From an uncultured delta proteobacterium (GTDB taxonomy: Bacteria; Myxococcota; Myxococcia; Myxococcales; Myxococcaceae): a stretch of 64,000 bases of DNA. The stretch lies in the NCBI GenBank assembly GCA_963713045.1, contig CAVQKE010000005.1:327372-391371 (forward strand). The letters run 5' to 3'. A program made the translations under genes and the position numbers. Below, one piece after another: positions 1-11,904 of the stretch (position 1 is the stretch's first letter; every line of letters starts with the position of its first letter). The notes under the pieces were generated by a model. It saw only the letters and a program-made list of their open reading frames with translations, did no database searches and was not told where the DNA came from.

Positions 1-1203
1 CGCCCGCAAGTCCGTCCGCGTGGTGAGGGGGCCGAAGAAGAAGGTGAAGCCGGCGAAGAGGAGGGCCAACACGGCCGCCAACAGTCGCCAGTCCCCGGCG
101 TGCCTGCGTTGCAGCATGGCCCACACGCTGAGACTGCTGCCCAGCCCCAAGGCCACCACCAGCACGCCCAAGGAAGCGCCGTACATGCGGCGCAGCGCCG
201 CCCAATTCTTCCAGGCAAGCGCCACTTCCGGCCGCCCGGTGGGGCGGAGCGGCGGAAGGGACGTCACCCGTGGCAGCGAGAGGCCGCGACGCTGTCGGCG
301 GGCTTGCAGGCGTGCGCGGCGCTCGGCCGAGGCCAGCGCTGCCTCCTCCACCGGTACGTCCAACAGCAGCACCGCAACCAACACCGCCGCCGCCAACAGG
401 GCCAGCACCCCCAAGGAGGGCAGCGCGTCCTTGAAAGTGGGCGCCGAGACGCTGTGGAAAAAGGCCCAGGCGGGCACCAGGGCCCAAGACACCGCTGGCG
501 CCTCGGCCAGCCTCCCCAGCCAGGCCGTGGCCTCAGCGAGGAAGGCCGAGAAGTCGAGCCCCAGCTTCGGCGGCAGCCCGGCGGTGCGCAGCCCAAGCCC
601 GACGATGAGGGCGAAGGCACAGGCCAGCGTTGCGCCGACGAGGGCGCGTCGCTGGGGAGAGGTCCCCGCCTGATGCCAGCCGACGCGCACCAGCGAAGCG
701 AAGGCCGAGTGCAGCCACACCAAAGCAAAGCCCAGCGACGTCGCCAGCACCAAGGGAAGCGGCGCGGCGGCCAACCCGCGGCGGAAGAGAAGCGTCACCA
801 GCACCGCACTCAACAGCGTCCGCAAAAGCCCCACCGCCACCTTGTAGCGCACCACCTGGCGCCGGCTGACGGGGCCGCTCAGCAGCCACGTCACCTCCGC
901 CTCATTAAAAGAAAACGACAGCCTGTCCTGCCCCAGCGTCCAGCTGGAAAAAACGGCCGCCGCCCCCAGCACCGTCATCCCCAGTTCGAGCAGCAACTGC
1001 ACCGCGGCGCTGGCCTGCGCCGGCAGGAGCCCACCGCCCCCGTGGCTGCGGAAGGCCCCGCGCACCAAAAAACTCCACAGGTACAAGAGAAGGGCAGCGG
1101 CGCCGACCAGGTAGCGCGGCTCGCGTAGCTTGCGCAGCGCCTGGCGCACCCGGTTTCGGGCCGAGGCCGCCACCAGGTAAGCGCCGGCGCGAGGAAGGCT
1201 CAC
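1..1203 (-). CDS. Putative ABC exporter permease (3' end runs off the window)
   Basis: GTG at 1203 overlaps the ATPase stop (GTGA). Manual translation MSLPRAGAYLVAASARNRVRQALRKLREPRYL... continues as a hydrophobic multi-TM frame; absent from the ORF track, consistent with no stop inside the window. Confidence 0.75.
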   Translation of the reverse strand, partial: MSLPRAGAYLVAASARNRVRQALRKLREPRYLVGAAALLLYLWSFLVRGAFRSHGGGGLLPAQASAAVQLLLELGMTVLGAAAVFSSWTLGQDRLSFSFNEAEVTWLLSGPVSRRQVVRYKVAVGLLRTLLSAVLVTLLFRRGLAAAPLPLVLATSLGFALVWLHSAFASLVRVGWHQAGTSPQRRALVGATLACAFALIVGLGLRTAGLPPKLGLDFSAFLAEATAWLGRLAEAPAVSWALVPAWAFFHSVSAPTFKDALPSLGVLALLAAAVLVAVLLLDVPVEEAALASAERRARLQARRQRRGLSLPRVTSLPPLRPTGRPEVALAWKNWAALRRMYGASLGVLVVALGLGSSLSVWAMLQRRHAGDWRLLAAVLALLFAGFTFFFGPLTTRTDLRA

Positions 1204-1943
1204 CGGGCGCCTTCCCCGCCGGCGCCGGTGACGGCCAGAAACAAGTCCTCCAGCGAGCCGGAAGCGTCCCCCGCCTGGGCACGAATTTCGGCCACCGTCC
1301 CCAGCGCCACCGCACGTCCGTGGGCGAGAATGAGGACGCGGCTACACAGCTCTTCCACCAGCGGCAAGAGGTGAGAGGAAAGCACCAGCGCGGCGCCCGA
1401 CTCCGCGCGCCGGCGCAGTGCCTCTTTCATCCGGCGAATGCCCAAGGGGTCCAGTCCCGTCAGCGGCTCGTCCAGCAGCACCAGGGCTGGCCGGTGAAGA
1501 AAGCCGCAGGCAATGGACAGCTTCTGCTTCATTCCTCGGGACAACTCCCCCGGGAGGGCGGATTCTTTGCCGTCGAGTTCAAAGCTTTCCAAGAGGACCC
1601 GTCCCTCGGTCTCCCAGTCCGCCACCTGGTAAAGGCGCGCCGTGAAGTTGAGGTGTTCCCAGACGGTGAGGTATTCAAAGAGGCGGGGCTCATCCGGCAG
1701 GTAGGCCAGGGCCCGCTTGGCGGCCACTGCATCCTTCTGCACGTCATGTCCGCCGATGCGCACCACGCCCGCGGTGGGAGGAAGAATGCCGGCCACGCAG
1801 CGCAAGGTGGTGGTTTTCCCGGCGCCGTTGGGGCCCACCAGCCCCAGCACTTCGCCCGCGGCCACGCGAAAATCCAACCCCTGCACGGCGCGGAAGTCGC
1901 CGTAGCTGCGGCTCAGCCCCTCCACCTCAAGCGCCCACGTCAT
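1200..1943 (-). CDS. ABC transporter ATP-binding protein
   Basis: Walker A GPNGAGKTT, signature LSRGMKQK, Walker B LLDEP, H-loop SSH. Confidence 0.95.
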   Translation of the reverse strand: MTWALEVEGLSRSYGDFRAVQGLDFRVAAGEVLGLVGPNGAGKTTTLRCVAGILPPTAGVVRIGGHDVQKDAVAAKRALAYLPDEPRLFEYLTVWEHLNFTARLYQVADWETEGRVLLESFELDGKESALPGELSRGMKQKLSIACGFLHRPALVLLDEPLTGLDPLGIRRMKEALRRRAESGAALVLSSHLLPLVEELCSRVLILAHGRAVALGTVAEIRAQAGDASGSLEDLFLAVTGAGGEGAR

Positions 1944-2323
1944 GGCAGCCCGAGCAGGCCCCTCAGCGCGGAGGACACCCGCCCGGCGTGAATCGGCTTG
2001 AGGAGGCAGGCGTTGGCCCCCAGCGCCATGGCCCGCGAGCGGTCTGTCTCGCCAGCCTCGGTGGTGACGACCAGGATGGGGACGTCCGGACGCCGCTCGC
2101 CGGCGCGAATGTGGTGGATAAGCTTCAGCCCGTCCACCAGCGGCATATTCAAGTCGGTGACGACGACGTCGTATTCCGCCTCGGAGAAGCGCTTCAGCCC
2201 TTCGGCGCCATCCTCCGCCTCGTCACAGGCCGCGGCGCCCAGCGTTTGAAGCACGGCCACCAGCCGCCGGCGCATGGCCAGCGAGTCGTCCACCACCAGC
2301 GCGCGGAAGCCGACTGTCACCAA
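1940..2323 (-). CDS. cheY: CheY-like response regulator
   Basis: Single REC domain: LVVDDS, TDLNMP..DG, KP; last gene of the che cluster. Confidence 0.85.
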   Translation of the reverse strand: MVTVGFRALVVDDSLAMRRRLVAVLQTLGAAACDEAEDGAEGLKRFSEAEYDVVVTDLNMPLVDGLKLIHHIRAGERRPDVPILVVTTEAGETDRSRAMALGANACLLKPIHAGRVSSALRGLLGLP

Positions 2324-2336
2324 CGAAAGGCCGACT

Positions 2337-2822
2337 CTAGCCCTGTTGGGGCGCCAGGAGCGACTTCCGGTGCAGCAGCCAGAGGACGTCCAGAAGAAGG
2401 CAGGTGCCCGCTGGCTCCGTCCACACCGCCGTCACCCCGGGCGGCACCGCTTCGGCCGCGGCCGGCAGGCGCAGGTTGGCGACGGCCACCTGGGCCACCG
2501 CCCCCACTCCGTCGATGCAGAAGGCCACCCGACGCCGGCCCAGCCAGCACACCAACAGTCCCGGGCGGCCCCCCTTCACGGCGGGGCCCTCCGCCAGGCA
2601 GGCGCGCAAGTCCACCACTGGAAGGCGCTGGCCGCGAAAGGTGACGACGCCGCACACCGGCCCCACCCCATCGCCGGGGGATTCGGCTTTCTCCATCTCC
2701 GGCAGCACTTCGTCCACGCGGGCCAAGTCCACGGCGTAGCGCCCCCTGCCCACGGAGAAGGTAAACAGTTCGAGAAAGTCGCCTTGCGACGGCGTCGGCT
2801 CAGGATTCACCACAGCGCCCAC
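2337..2822 (-). CDS. cheW: CheW-like adaptor (divergent)
   Basis: YAVDLARVDEV, GVVTFRGQRLPVVDLR. Confidence 0.85.
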   Translation of the reverse strand: MGAVVNPEPTPSQGDFLELFTFSVGRGRYAVDLARVDEVLPEMEKAESPGDGVGPVCGVVTFRGQRLPVVDLRACLAEGPAVKGGRPGLLVCWLGRRRVAFCIDGVGAVAQVAVANLRLPAAAEAVPPGVTAVWTEPAGTCLLLDVLWLLHRKSLLAPQQG

Positions 2823-3385
2823 TCCAGCTCCAACATCAGCAGTGGCTGCGTCCCCACCGCAGCGCGGCCCGCCACGGGGCCAGCGCCCGGCACGGCCTCA
2901 ATGCTGCTGGGCGCCAGCCGCACCACGTCCCGCACGCAGTCCACCCACAGGCCGGCCGGGCCGGCCGGGGTGCGGGCGACGAGAATGCGCGCTGCGCGGG
3001 GCACCACCTCGCACTCCCCCTCCGGTCCCGCCACCTTGTGCAATTCGGTGCGGATGCCAAGGTCGAAGCCCAAGTCGTAGACCGGCGTCACGGTGCCCCG
3101 GAGGTCCAGCACGCCCAGCAGCGGCGCGGTGGCGCGGGGAATTTCCACCAACCGGCGCGCCCGAAGAATTTCCTGCACCGCCCCCAGTGGCACCGCGTAC
3201 GTCGCCCCACTCAACTCGAAGGACAGGTACTCCCCCAAGGCCTCCTCGGCCGGCGCTGGTGTCACCGGCCCAGCTTCGGCGGGGGGAAGCAGCAGCGAGG
3301 AGACGTCCTCGTCGGCGTGGTAGCGAAAGGCCGCCAGGCGCTCGGCCAACGTCGTACGCCGTGGGGCGCGGGGCAGCTGACTCAT
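2807..3385 (-). CDS. cheW: CheW-like adaptor
   Basis: YAVPLGAVQEI, LGVLDLRGTVTPVYDL, GLWVDCVRDV. Confidence 0.88.
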   Translation of the reverse strand: MSQLPRAPRRTTLAERLAAFRYHADEDVSSLLLPPAEAGPVTPAPAEEALGEYLSFELSGATYAVPLGAVQEILRARRLVEIPRATAPLLGVLDLRGTVTPVYDLGFDLGIRTELHKVAGPEGECEVVPRAARILVARTPAGPAGLWVDCVRDVVRLAPSSIEAVPGAGPVAGRAAVGTQPLLMLELEWALW

Positions 3386-5457
3386 TCCGGTAGGGCTGAG
3401 CGCTCGACGCCCGGGGCCGCGCCCAACGCCTCGCCAATGAGGGCTGCCACGTCCAACACCAGCACCGTCCGCCGGTTGCCGAGGTCCGCCACCCCGGCGA
3501 TGCCCTCCACCCGGGACAGGCGCTCGCCCAATGGCTTGGTCACCATGTCCGCTTGGCCGAGAAGCTCGTCCACGGCCAGGCCCAGGCGCTCCTGGGCCAG
3601 GCCGAGCACCACCACATTCCTTTTGGGGAGGTCCACCTCCGGCAAGCGAAAGAGGCGGGCCAGCCGCACCAGCGGCAGGGAAGTGCCGCGCAGGGAAATG
3701 GACTCGCGTCCTCCGCGCGTCACCACCCCGTCCGGGCCCAGCGCGAGAATCTCCACCACGCCGTTGAGGGGAATGGCGTAGGTGCGCCCACTCACCCTCA
3801 CCATCAGGCCGCGCACCATGGCCAGGGTCAGGGGCAGGGTGAGGCGGAAGCAGGTGCCGAGGCCAGCCACCGACTCGATGTCAATGACGCCAGACAGCCG
3901 GGCCAAGTTGGTGTGGACGACGTCCAGGCCCACGCCGCGGCCGGAGAGAGGGCCAACGCTGGGGGCGGTGGAGAACCCGGGGGCGAAGAGGAGGCGGTGC
4001 AAGGCGCGGGGGGAGATGGTGTCGGCTTGCTCCGGCGCAAGGAGGCCCCGCTGCACCGCCACCTGCCGCACCCGCGCGCTATTCACCCCCCGCCCATCGT
4101 CGCGAACTTCAATCACGACGTGGGCTCCGGCCGGCCGGGCGGTCAACGTGAGGCGGCCGAGCCGAGGCTTGGCCAGCTGCTCTCGCTCGGCCGGCGCTTC
4201 AATGCCGTGGTCAATGGCGTTGCGCAACAGGTGCATCAACGGGTCGGAGAGTTCCTCCACAATCAGTTTGTCCAGCTCCACCTCCGCCCCGCGGGTCACC
4301 AACTCCAACTCCTTGCCAGCCTCGCGCGCCACCCGGCGGACCAGCCGCTGCAGCCGCTCAAACACCTGGGCCAGCGGCACCATGCGCGACTGGAGAAGTC
4401 CGGACTGAAGCGCATCCAAGCGCCGCGCCATTTGCCGCTGGTCCTTCAGCAAGTCCGCGCCGAAGGCCCGCGGCAACTGAAGGACGCCCGGGGCCGACGC
4501 GCCGTCGGCCAGCCGCTGCAGGTTGGCGGCAATCAGCCGCAGCTCGCCCACCGCATTCATCATCTCGTCCAGCCGCTCAATGTCCACCCGCACTGTCCGG
4601 CGGGAAGGGGGCTGCGGCGCCTCGGCCTCGGCTGGCGCGAGAGCAGCCTCCGGCTCGACCGGCGGCTGCTGGCGCCCAGCCAACTCGGCCAGGTCCACCC
4701 GCGCCCGGCGCTTGCGCAGGGGCACCGCCGACAACTGGCCGGTGTCTGGGGCCAACGCCTCCAAAAGCCTTTCCTCGCCGGCGGCGGAACCGAGGAGCAA
4801 TTCAAAGCAAATGGCCGCGGCATCATCCACCGCATGGCCAGGCAGCGTGGCGATGACTTCCGCCAGCGGCGCCAGGCGCTCCACCAGCGCCGGCAGCCGC
4901 TGGTCAAAGTCCTCCAGCGCCCAGCGGACGTTGAGGCGCCACACCAGGGCGCGCCGGCGCAAGGTTTCCCGCAGCCGATGCTCCTCGTATTCAGTCAGGA
5001 CAGCGCGCACCTCCGGGGTGAGGTCCAATCGTCCGAGGACGTCCGCGCTGACGCGCTCCGGGGCCTGGCTCAGTTGTCGAAGGCGGTTGAGGAGGGCATC
5101 GGCGGCGCGAAGCAGGTGGGCGTCCACGCCGGACTCGGCAGCGGAGGCCAGCCGCTGCAGCAGCTCCACCGACTCGCTGAGGGCATCCATCACCGGCTCC
5201 CGCAGCCGCAGCCGCCCGAGGCGCAAGCGGTCGAGGAGGTCCTCCGCGGCGTGGGCCAGTTCCGCCATGGTGGCCTGGCCGTAGAGGGCGGCCAGGCCTT
5301 TCAGGCTGTGGGCATGGCGGAAAACGGCGTTGAGGACAGCCGGGGGCGGCTCACCGTCCTTTGGCGAGTCCAGCCGCACCAGCTCCCGGCCCAAGGCCTC
5401 GGCCGTCTCCACCGCTTCGGTGACGAAGTCGGCCAGTGGACGGTCGGTGGGGCTCAC
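3382..5457 (-). CDS. cheA: Chemotaxis histidine kinase CheA
   Basis: HPt FRHAHSLKG, dimerisation VRVDIERLDEMMN, HATPase HLLRNAIDHGIE/DDGRG/SGRGVGLDVV, C-terminal CheW domain. Confidence 0.95.
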   Translation of the reverse strand: MSPTDRPLADFVTEAVETAEALGRELVRLDSPKDGEPPPAVLNAVFRHAHSLKGLAALYGQATMAELAHAAEDLLDRLRLGRLRLREPVMDALSESVELLQRLASAAESGVDAHLLRAADALLNRLRQLSQAPERVSADVLGRLDLTPEVRAVLTEYEEHRLRETLRRRALVWRLNVRWALEDFDQRLPALVERLAPLAEVIATLPGHAVDDAAAICFELLLGSAAGEERLLEALAPDTGQLSAVPLRKRRARVDLAELAGRQQPPVEPEAALAPAEAEAPQPPSRRTVRVDIERLDEMMNAVGELRLIAANLQRLADGASAPGVLQLPRAFGADLLKDQRQMARRLDALQSGLLQSRMVPLAQVFERLQRLVRRVAREAGKELELVTRGAEVELDKLIVEELSDPLMHLLRNAIDHGIEAPAEREQLAKPRLGRLTLTARPAGAHVVIEVRDDGRGVNSARVRQVAVQRGLLAPEQADTISPRALHRLLFAPGFSTAPSVGPLSGRGVGLDVVHTNLARLSGVIDIESVAGLGTCFRLTLPLTLAMVRGLMVRVSGRTYAIPLNGVVEILALGPDGVVTRGGRESISLRGTSLPLVRLARLFRLPEVDLPKRNVVVLGLAQERLGLAVDELLGQADMVTKPLGERLSRVEGIAGVADLGNRRTVLVLDVAALIGEALGAAPGVERSALPE

Positions 5458-5828
5458 GCGAGCTGGAGGTAGCGCCGCAGCAGCCCCACCAGGTCCTCCA
5501 CCTTCACCGGCTTGACCAGGTATTCACTGGCCCCCAGCGCCAGGCCGCGCGCCCGGTCCTGCTCGCGCCCCTCCGCGGTGACAATGAAGAGGGGGGTGTG
5601 GCGGTAGTTGGGGTTTTTCTTGACGAAGTTAATCAGTTCCAGCCCGTTGATGTCCGGCATTTGAATGTCGGTGATGATGAGGTCGAACCGATGGAGGGGC
5701 AACAGCTTGAGCGCCTCGAAGCCCCGGTCGGTGGTGACCACCTCAACGCCGTCGAAGGACGTCACCGTGGTCGCCAGGTAGTCCCGCGACGCCTCGGAGT
5801 CCTCGACGATGAGAACCTTGTGCCCCAT
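5454..5828 (-). CDS. cheY: CheY-like response regulator
   Basis: VLIVEDS, ITDIQMPDINGLEL, YLVKP. Confidence 0.9.
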   Translation of the reverse strand: MGHKVLIVEDSEASRDYLATTVTSFDGVEVVTTDRGFEALKLLPLHRFDLIITDIQMPDINGLELINFVKKNPNYRHTPLFIVTAEGREQDRARGLALGASEYLVKPVKVEDLVGLLRRYLQLA

Positions 5829-5916
5829 TCCTCTTCACAGCCCAAATGCCCTGCCCCACGCTAGCAGACACCCGTCCCCGGTCGTAGGCACCCCGCCCCC
5901 AAGGGGGGCCAACCAC

Positions 5917-6597
5917 CTACAACGCTCCAAAAATGAGCTGTAAGCAGAACGCCAGAACAGCTGTGTTGTAGGCGAAGGCCAACACCGCCTGTCCCAACAC
6001 GGTGCGGCGCATGGCCGTGCTGACGACAATGACGTCAGACACCTGGAACGTCATCCCCACCGTGAAGGAGAAGTAGGCGAAGTCCAGCTCGCACGGCTCG
6101 GCGCCATGCGGAAATTCAAGCCCGCCACATTCGACGTCGGCGTCGGGCGCCTCGACGTCGGCGTAATACAGGTGGGCATAGCGCAAGGAATAGGAGGTGT
6201 GGGTCAGCACCCAGGCCAGCGCCACCGCCGCGAGGCTGGCCCACACCAGGACTTCCGGCGCCTCGGGGGCCAGCGTCTTTGCGTTTTTGGCGAAAATGTT
6301 GGCCACCACCATGCTGAAGGCGGAGGTGAAGACGACCAGGAAGCGCAACGCGGTGCGGCCCGCGTCATTGAAGGCGGCCCGTTTTCGCGTCTCGGCCACC
6401 GAAGCCCTCAAAATGTGAAGCCAGGACCAGAAAAGGACGCTGAGTGCCGAGACGTCCCAGGCCAAAATGCCGCGTCCGGCGGCACCCAGCCGCTGAGGAA
6501 GCAACCAGTCCACCACGCCGAAGAGGAGGCAGGCCACCAGCAGCCGGCGGGAGGCCTGCGGGGCGATGGGTAGCGAGAAGCGGTCTATGTCCGACAA
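5917..6597 (-). CDS. DUF1345-like membrane protein
   Basis: Several TM segments; YAHLYY and DFAYFSFTVGMTFQVSDV motifs. Confidence 0.8.
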   Translation of the reverse strand: MSDIDRFSLPIAPQASRRLLVACLLFGVVDWLLPQRLGAAGRGILAWDVSALSVLFWSWLHILRASVAETRKRAAFNDAGRTALRFLVVFTSAFSMVVANIFAKNAKTLAPEAPEVLVWASLAAVALAWVLTHTSYSLRYAHLYYADVEAPDADVECGGLEFPHGAEPCELDFAYFSFTVGMTFQVSDVIVVSTAMRRTVLGQAVLAFAYNTAVLAFCLQLIFGAL

Positions 6598-6626
6598 GGC
6601 GCCCCTGTCACCAACCGTTGGACGCT

Positions 6627-7109
6627 TCAGCTGTTCAACAGCTGTTGAAGCGTCTTGTTGCCCAGGACGGCCACGTGGCGGCCATGGAAGGCGGGAAGAA
6701 AACCGGTGCGCAGCGCGCGCACCCGCTCGGCATCCTTCAGCCGCCCGGCGCCGGGAATTTCAAAGGCCACCGACGCCGCGCCGGCCCGGTCCAGCACCGC
6801 CGCCGCCGCCGCCAGCCGAGCACCCAGGGCTGGCCCGTCCGAGAGGGCCTCGCGCCGCCCCAGGCCGAAGACGACAATCCGCCCCGGCCCGAGGCGCCCG
6901 CCCGAGGGCAACAGCACCGAGTCGTCGGCTGCGCCGGTGAAGAAGCCGTCCACCAGAAGGCGGGACAATTGCCCGCATAGCCGCCAGTCGCTGAGGCCTG
7001 AGGCGCCGGTCAGGGGGCGCTCGTCCTCGGCGACAAACAGGCACAAGGTGTCCACCGAGTCGAGGCTGTCCAGCGTCTCGAGCGACAACTCATACACGCT
7101 GACACTCAT
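6627..7109 (-). CDS. Stand-alone M17 leucyl aminopeptidase N-terminal-domain protein
   Basis: LFVAEDERPLTG..GL.DWRLCGQLSRLL; no catalytic C-terminal domain; coupled to nusB. Confidence 0.65.
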   Translation of the reverse strand: MSVSVYELSLETLDSLDSVDTLCLFVAEDERPLTGASGLSDWRLCGQLSRLLVDGFFTGAADDSVLLPSGGRLGPGRIVVFGLGRREALSDGPALGARLAAAAAVLDRAGAASVAFEIPGAGRLKDAERVRALRTGFLPAFHGRHVAVLGNKTLQQLLNS

Positions 7110-7534
7110 GCCTTCCCCACCGCCTGGGCAATTCTGTCCAAGACGCCGTTGATGAAGGCCGAGGACTCCTCGGTGCCGAAGCGCTTTCCCAACTCCACCG
7201 CCTCGTTGAGGGTCACCTTCTTGGGGATGTCCTCGCGAAAGCGCAATTCATAGACCGCCACCCGCAGCACACTTCGGTCCACCCGGGCCATGCGGTCCAG
7301 CCTCCAGTTGTGGCTGTGCTCCTCAATCAAGCGGTCGATTTCTTCCTGGTGGCCCCCAACCCCTTGCACCAATTCCAAGGCAAAGGCCCGCGCGTCGGCT
7401 TGCGCCTTGGCATTGCCTTCTTCCGGGGAGGAGGCCCAGGCAGCCTCCAGCGCGGCTTCGGGCTCCGGCGCGCCCATTTCCAACTGGTAGAGCGCCTGCA
7501 GCGCGCGCTCCCGTCCGGTGCGGCGGGCCCCCAC
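7106..7534 (-). CDS. nusB: Transcription antitermination factor NusB
   Basis: RERALQALYQ, NWRLDRM..VDR, NEAVELGKRFG..S.AFINGVLD. Confidence 0.96.
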   Translation of the reverse strand: MGARRTGRERALQALYQLEMGAPEPEAALEAAWASSPEEGNAKAQADARAFALELVQGVGGHQEEIDRLIEEHSHNWRLDRMARVDRSVLRVAVYELRFREDIPKKVTLNEAVELGKRFGTEESSAFINGVLDRIAQAVGKA

Positions 7535-7536
7535 GG

Positions 7537-8019
7537 CTAGCGCTTCTTGGCGGGTTGCAGCCGCGCGTAGAGGTTCACCATCTCCAGACAGGCCATGGCC
7601 GCCTCGGCCCCCTTGTTTCCAGACTTCATCCCGGACCGCTCCACCGCTTGCTCCACGGTGTCGCAGGTCAGCACGCCAAAGGTCACCGCGCAGTGGGCGT
7701 CCAGGGCCACCTGGCCAATGCCCTTCGTCACCTCGGCGGCGATGTATTCGAAGTGGGGCGTCCCGCCGCGAATGACGCAGCCCAGGGCCACCACGCCGAC
7801 GTATTGGCCGCTCTCCACCGCACGGCGCACCACGGCCGGCAACTCAAAGGTACCGGGCACCTTCAGCACGTCGACGTCGTCGGCGGCGACGCCATGACGG
7901 AGGAGGGCGTCTTCAGCCCCGGCCCGCAGCTGTTCCGTAATGGGGCCATTCCAGCGGCTGACGCAGAGGGCGAAGCGCCCGGGGGGGGCGAGGAAGTTGC
8001 CTTCGAAGACGGGGGACAT
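7537..8019 (-). CDS. ribH: 6,7-dimethyl-8-ribityllumazine synthase
   Basis: VPGTFELP, LGCVIRGGTPHFEY, NKGAEAA. Confidence 0.97.
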   Translation of the reverse strand: MSPVFEGNFLAPPGRFALCVSRWNGPITEQLRAGAEDALLRHGVAADDVDVLKVPGTFELPAVVRRAVESGQYVGVVALGCVIRGGTPHFEYIAAEVTKGIGQVALDAHCAVTFGVLTCDTVEQAVERSGMKSGNKGAEAAMACLEMVNLYARLQPAKKR

Positions 8020-8046
8020 ACAGCTCCAGAGGCCTCGGGAAGGGGG

Positions 8047-9228
8047 TTAGCGGGCCCGCACCGGCGCCAGGGCACGCCGGGGTGGGGCAGCGGTGCCGCC
8101 GAGCGGCAGCTGTTCGACAATCTCCAGGGAATAGCTTTCTAGGCCGACTATTTTCTTCGGGTTGTTGGTGAGGAGCCGCAGCCGGCGCAACCCCAAGTCC
8201 TTGAGGATTTGGGCGCCGATGCCGAATTCGCGCAGCCGGCCTCTGTCGTCGGAAGCGGCGGAACGCGCTTCGGCGGCGGCCTTGTGGGTGCAGGACAGCG
8301 CCTGGGCTGCCGTCTCATCGCGCCGCAAGTACACCAGCACCCCGCGGCCGGCCTGGGCAATGGCCGAAAAGGCAGCCTCCAGCTGCGCGCCACAGTCACA
8401 GGCGCGGCTACCGAAGACGTCGCCCACCGGACAGGCCCGGTGCACCCGGGTGAGGACTGGCTTCGCCCCAACCACGTCCCCTTTCACCAGGGCGACGTGC
8501 ACTGCCTTGTCGACGTCGCTGGCGTAGGCGTGCGCCTGCCAGCTGCCCTGGCCGGAGCGCTCCAGAAGTGCCGAATTCACCCGACGCACCAGGCGGTCGC
8601 GTTGCAGCCGGTAGCGGATGAGGTCCGCCACCGAAAGCATGGTGAGGCGGTGCCGCCGGGTGAAGCGCAACAGCTCCGGCCGGCGGGCCATGCTGCCGTC
8701 GGCATTCATCACCTCGCAGATGACGCCGGCCGGTGAAAGTCCGGCCAGCCGGGCGAGGTCCACGGAACCCTCGGTTTGCCCAGTGCGGACCAGGACGCCG
8801 CCCTCGCGCGCCCGCAGGGGGAAGACGTGCCCGGGACGCACCAAGTCCCCTGGCTTCGCAGCCGGGGCAACGGCCACCTGGATGGTGCGGGCGCGGTCGG
8901 CTGCAGAAATGCCAGTGGTGACCCCCTCCGCGGCCTCGATGGAGACGGTGAAGGCAGTGCCGTAGGGGGAGGTGTTGTCATGCACCATCAGCGGCAGGTT
9001 GAGCTGGCGCAGCCGGTCGTCGGTGAGGGACAGACAGATGAGTCCCCGGCCGTGGGTGGCCATGAAGTTGATGGCGGCCGGCGTCACCTTGGCCGCGGCC
9101 ATCACCAAGTCCCCTTCGTTTTCCCGGTCCTCGTCGTCGGTGAGGACGACCATCTTCCCCTTGCGGATGTCGCCCAAAGCCCTCTCGACGAGCGCGATGC
9201 TGCCCACTTCTTCCAGTCGCCGCGCCAT
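8047..9228 (-). CDS. ribBA: DHBP synthase fused to a degenerate GTP cyclohydrolase II domain
   Basis: RibB motifs [27 protein letters not shown]. The C-terminal domain keeps C..GDVFGS..CDC and LLTNNP but lacks EGRGIG. Confidence 0.9.
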   Translation of the reverse strand: MARRLEEVGSIALVERALGDIRKGKMVVLTDDEDRENEGDLVMAAAKVTPAAINFMATHGRGLICLSLTDDRLRQLNLPLMVHDNTSPYGTAFTVSIEAAEGVTTGISAADRARTIQVAVAPAAKPGDLVRPGHVFPLRAREGGVLVRTGQTEGSVDLARLAGLSPAGVICEVMNADGSMARRPELLRFTRRHRLTMLSVADLIRYRLQRDRLVRRVNSALLERSGQGSWQAHAYASDVDKAVHVALVKGDVVGAKPVLTRVHRACPVGDVFGSRACDCGAQLEAAFSAIAQAGRGVLVYLRRDETAAQALSCTHKAAAEARSAASDDRGRLREFGIGAQILKDLGLRRLRLLTNNPKKIVGLESYSLEIVEQLPLGGTAAPPRRALAPVRAR

Positions 9229-9240
9229 GTGCCTTCTTGC

Positions 9241-9879
9241 CTACTCCGCCACGCCGAATCCCGCTGCCCTTAACACGTCCAAGTCCAGCCTGCCGCCGAG
9301 GCCCACCAGGCGCGAGACGTACTTGCCGATGACGTCGGCCTCCACATTCACCTGGGTCCCAGTGGACTTCTGCGCCAGGGTGGTACGGGCCTGTGTCTCC
9401 GGAATAAGAGCCACCGAGAAGCGGCCGCGTTCCAGTCGGTTGACGGTGAGGCTGACGCCGTCCACGGCCACCGAGCCCTTTTCAATGAAGAACGGGGCCA
9501 GCGCTTCAGAAAGGCTGACGTCCAGCACCACCGCACCGCCGTCGCGCCGCGAGGACAGGACGGTGGACACCCCGTCCACGTGCCCGAGGACAAGGTGGCC
9601 GCCGAGCCTGTCCGACAGCCGCAAGGCCCTCTCCAAATTCACCCGGCTGCCGGTGCGAAGGGCGCCCAAGGTGGTGCGGCGCAGCGTCTCCGGCCCGGCC
9701 TGCACCCGGAAGGCCTGCGAGGTGTGCTCCACCACCGTCAGGCAGGCGCCGTCGATGGCGATGGACTCGCCCAAGGTGAAGCCATCCGCGCCCAGGGAAG
9801 TGCGCACCCACAAGTCCGTGGTGCTTCCAGGCTGGGTGCGTTCGACAACGCCGACGTCTTGAATGAGTCCAGTAAACAT
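9241..9879 (-). CDS. ribE: Riboflavin synthase alpha chain
   Basis: Starts MFTGLI at ATG 9879; [38 protein letters not shown]. The 596-aa track ORF is over-extended. Confidence 0.96.
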   Translation of the reverse strand: MFTGLIQDVGVVERTQPGSTTDLWVRTSLGADGFTLGESIAIDGACLTVVEHTSQAFRVQAGPETLRRTTLGALRTGSRVNLERALRLSDRLGGHLVLGHVDGVSTVLSSRRDGGAVVLDVSLSEALAPFFIEKGSVAVDGVSLTVNRLERGRFSVALIPETQARTTLAQKSTGTQVNVEADVIGKYVSRLVGLGGRLDLDVLRAAGFGVAE

Positions 9880-9960
9880 GAAGAAGCCCTTCCCGCGTTT
9901 ATAACGCGCAACTTCCCCTGCATGGGACGTCCGGGCCGCTGTTAGCTTGGTGGACTGCAC

Positions 9961-11880
<1,920 letters not shown>

Positions 11881-11904
11881 TGGCGGTCGGCCGGGCCCCC
11901 CCTC

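Noticed and set aside
9880..9960. FMN riboswitch before the rib genes
   Set aside because: Only 81 bp are available and no RFN motifs are visible; ribD is directly behind nrdR.
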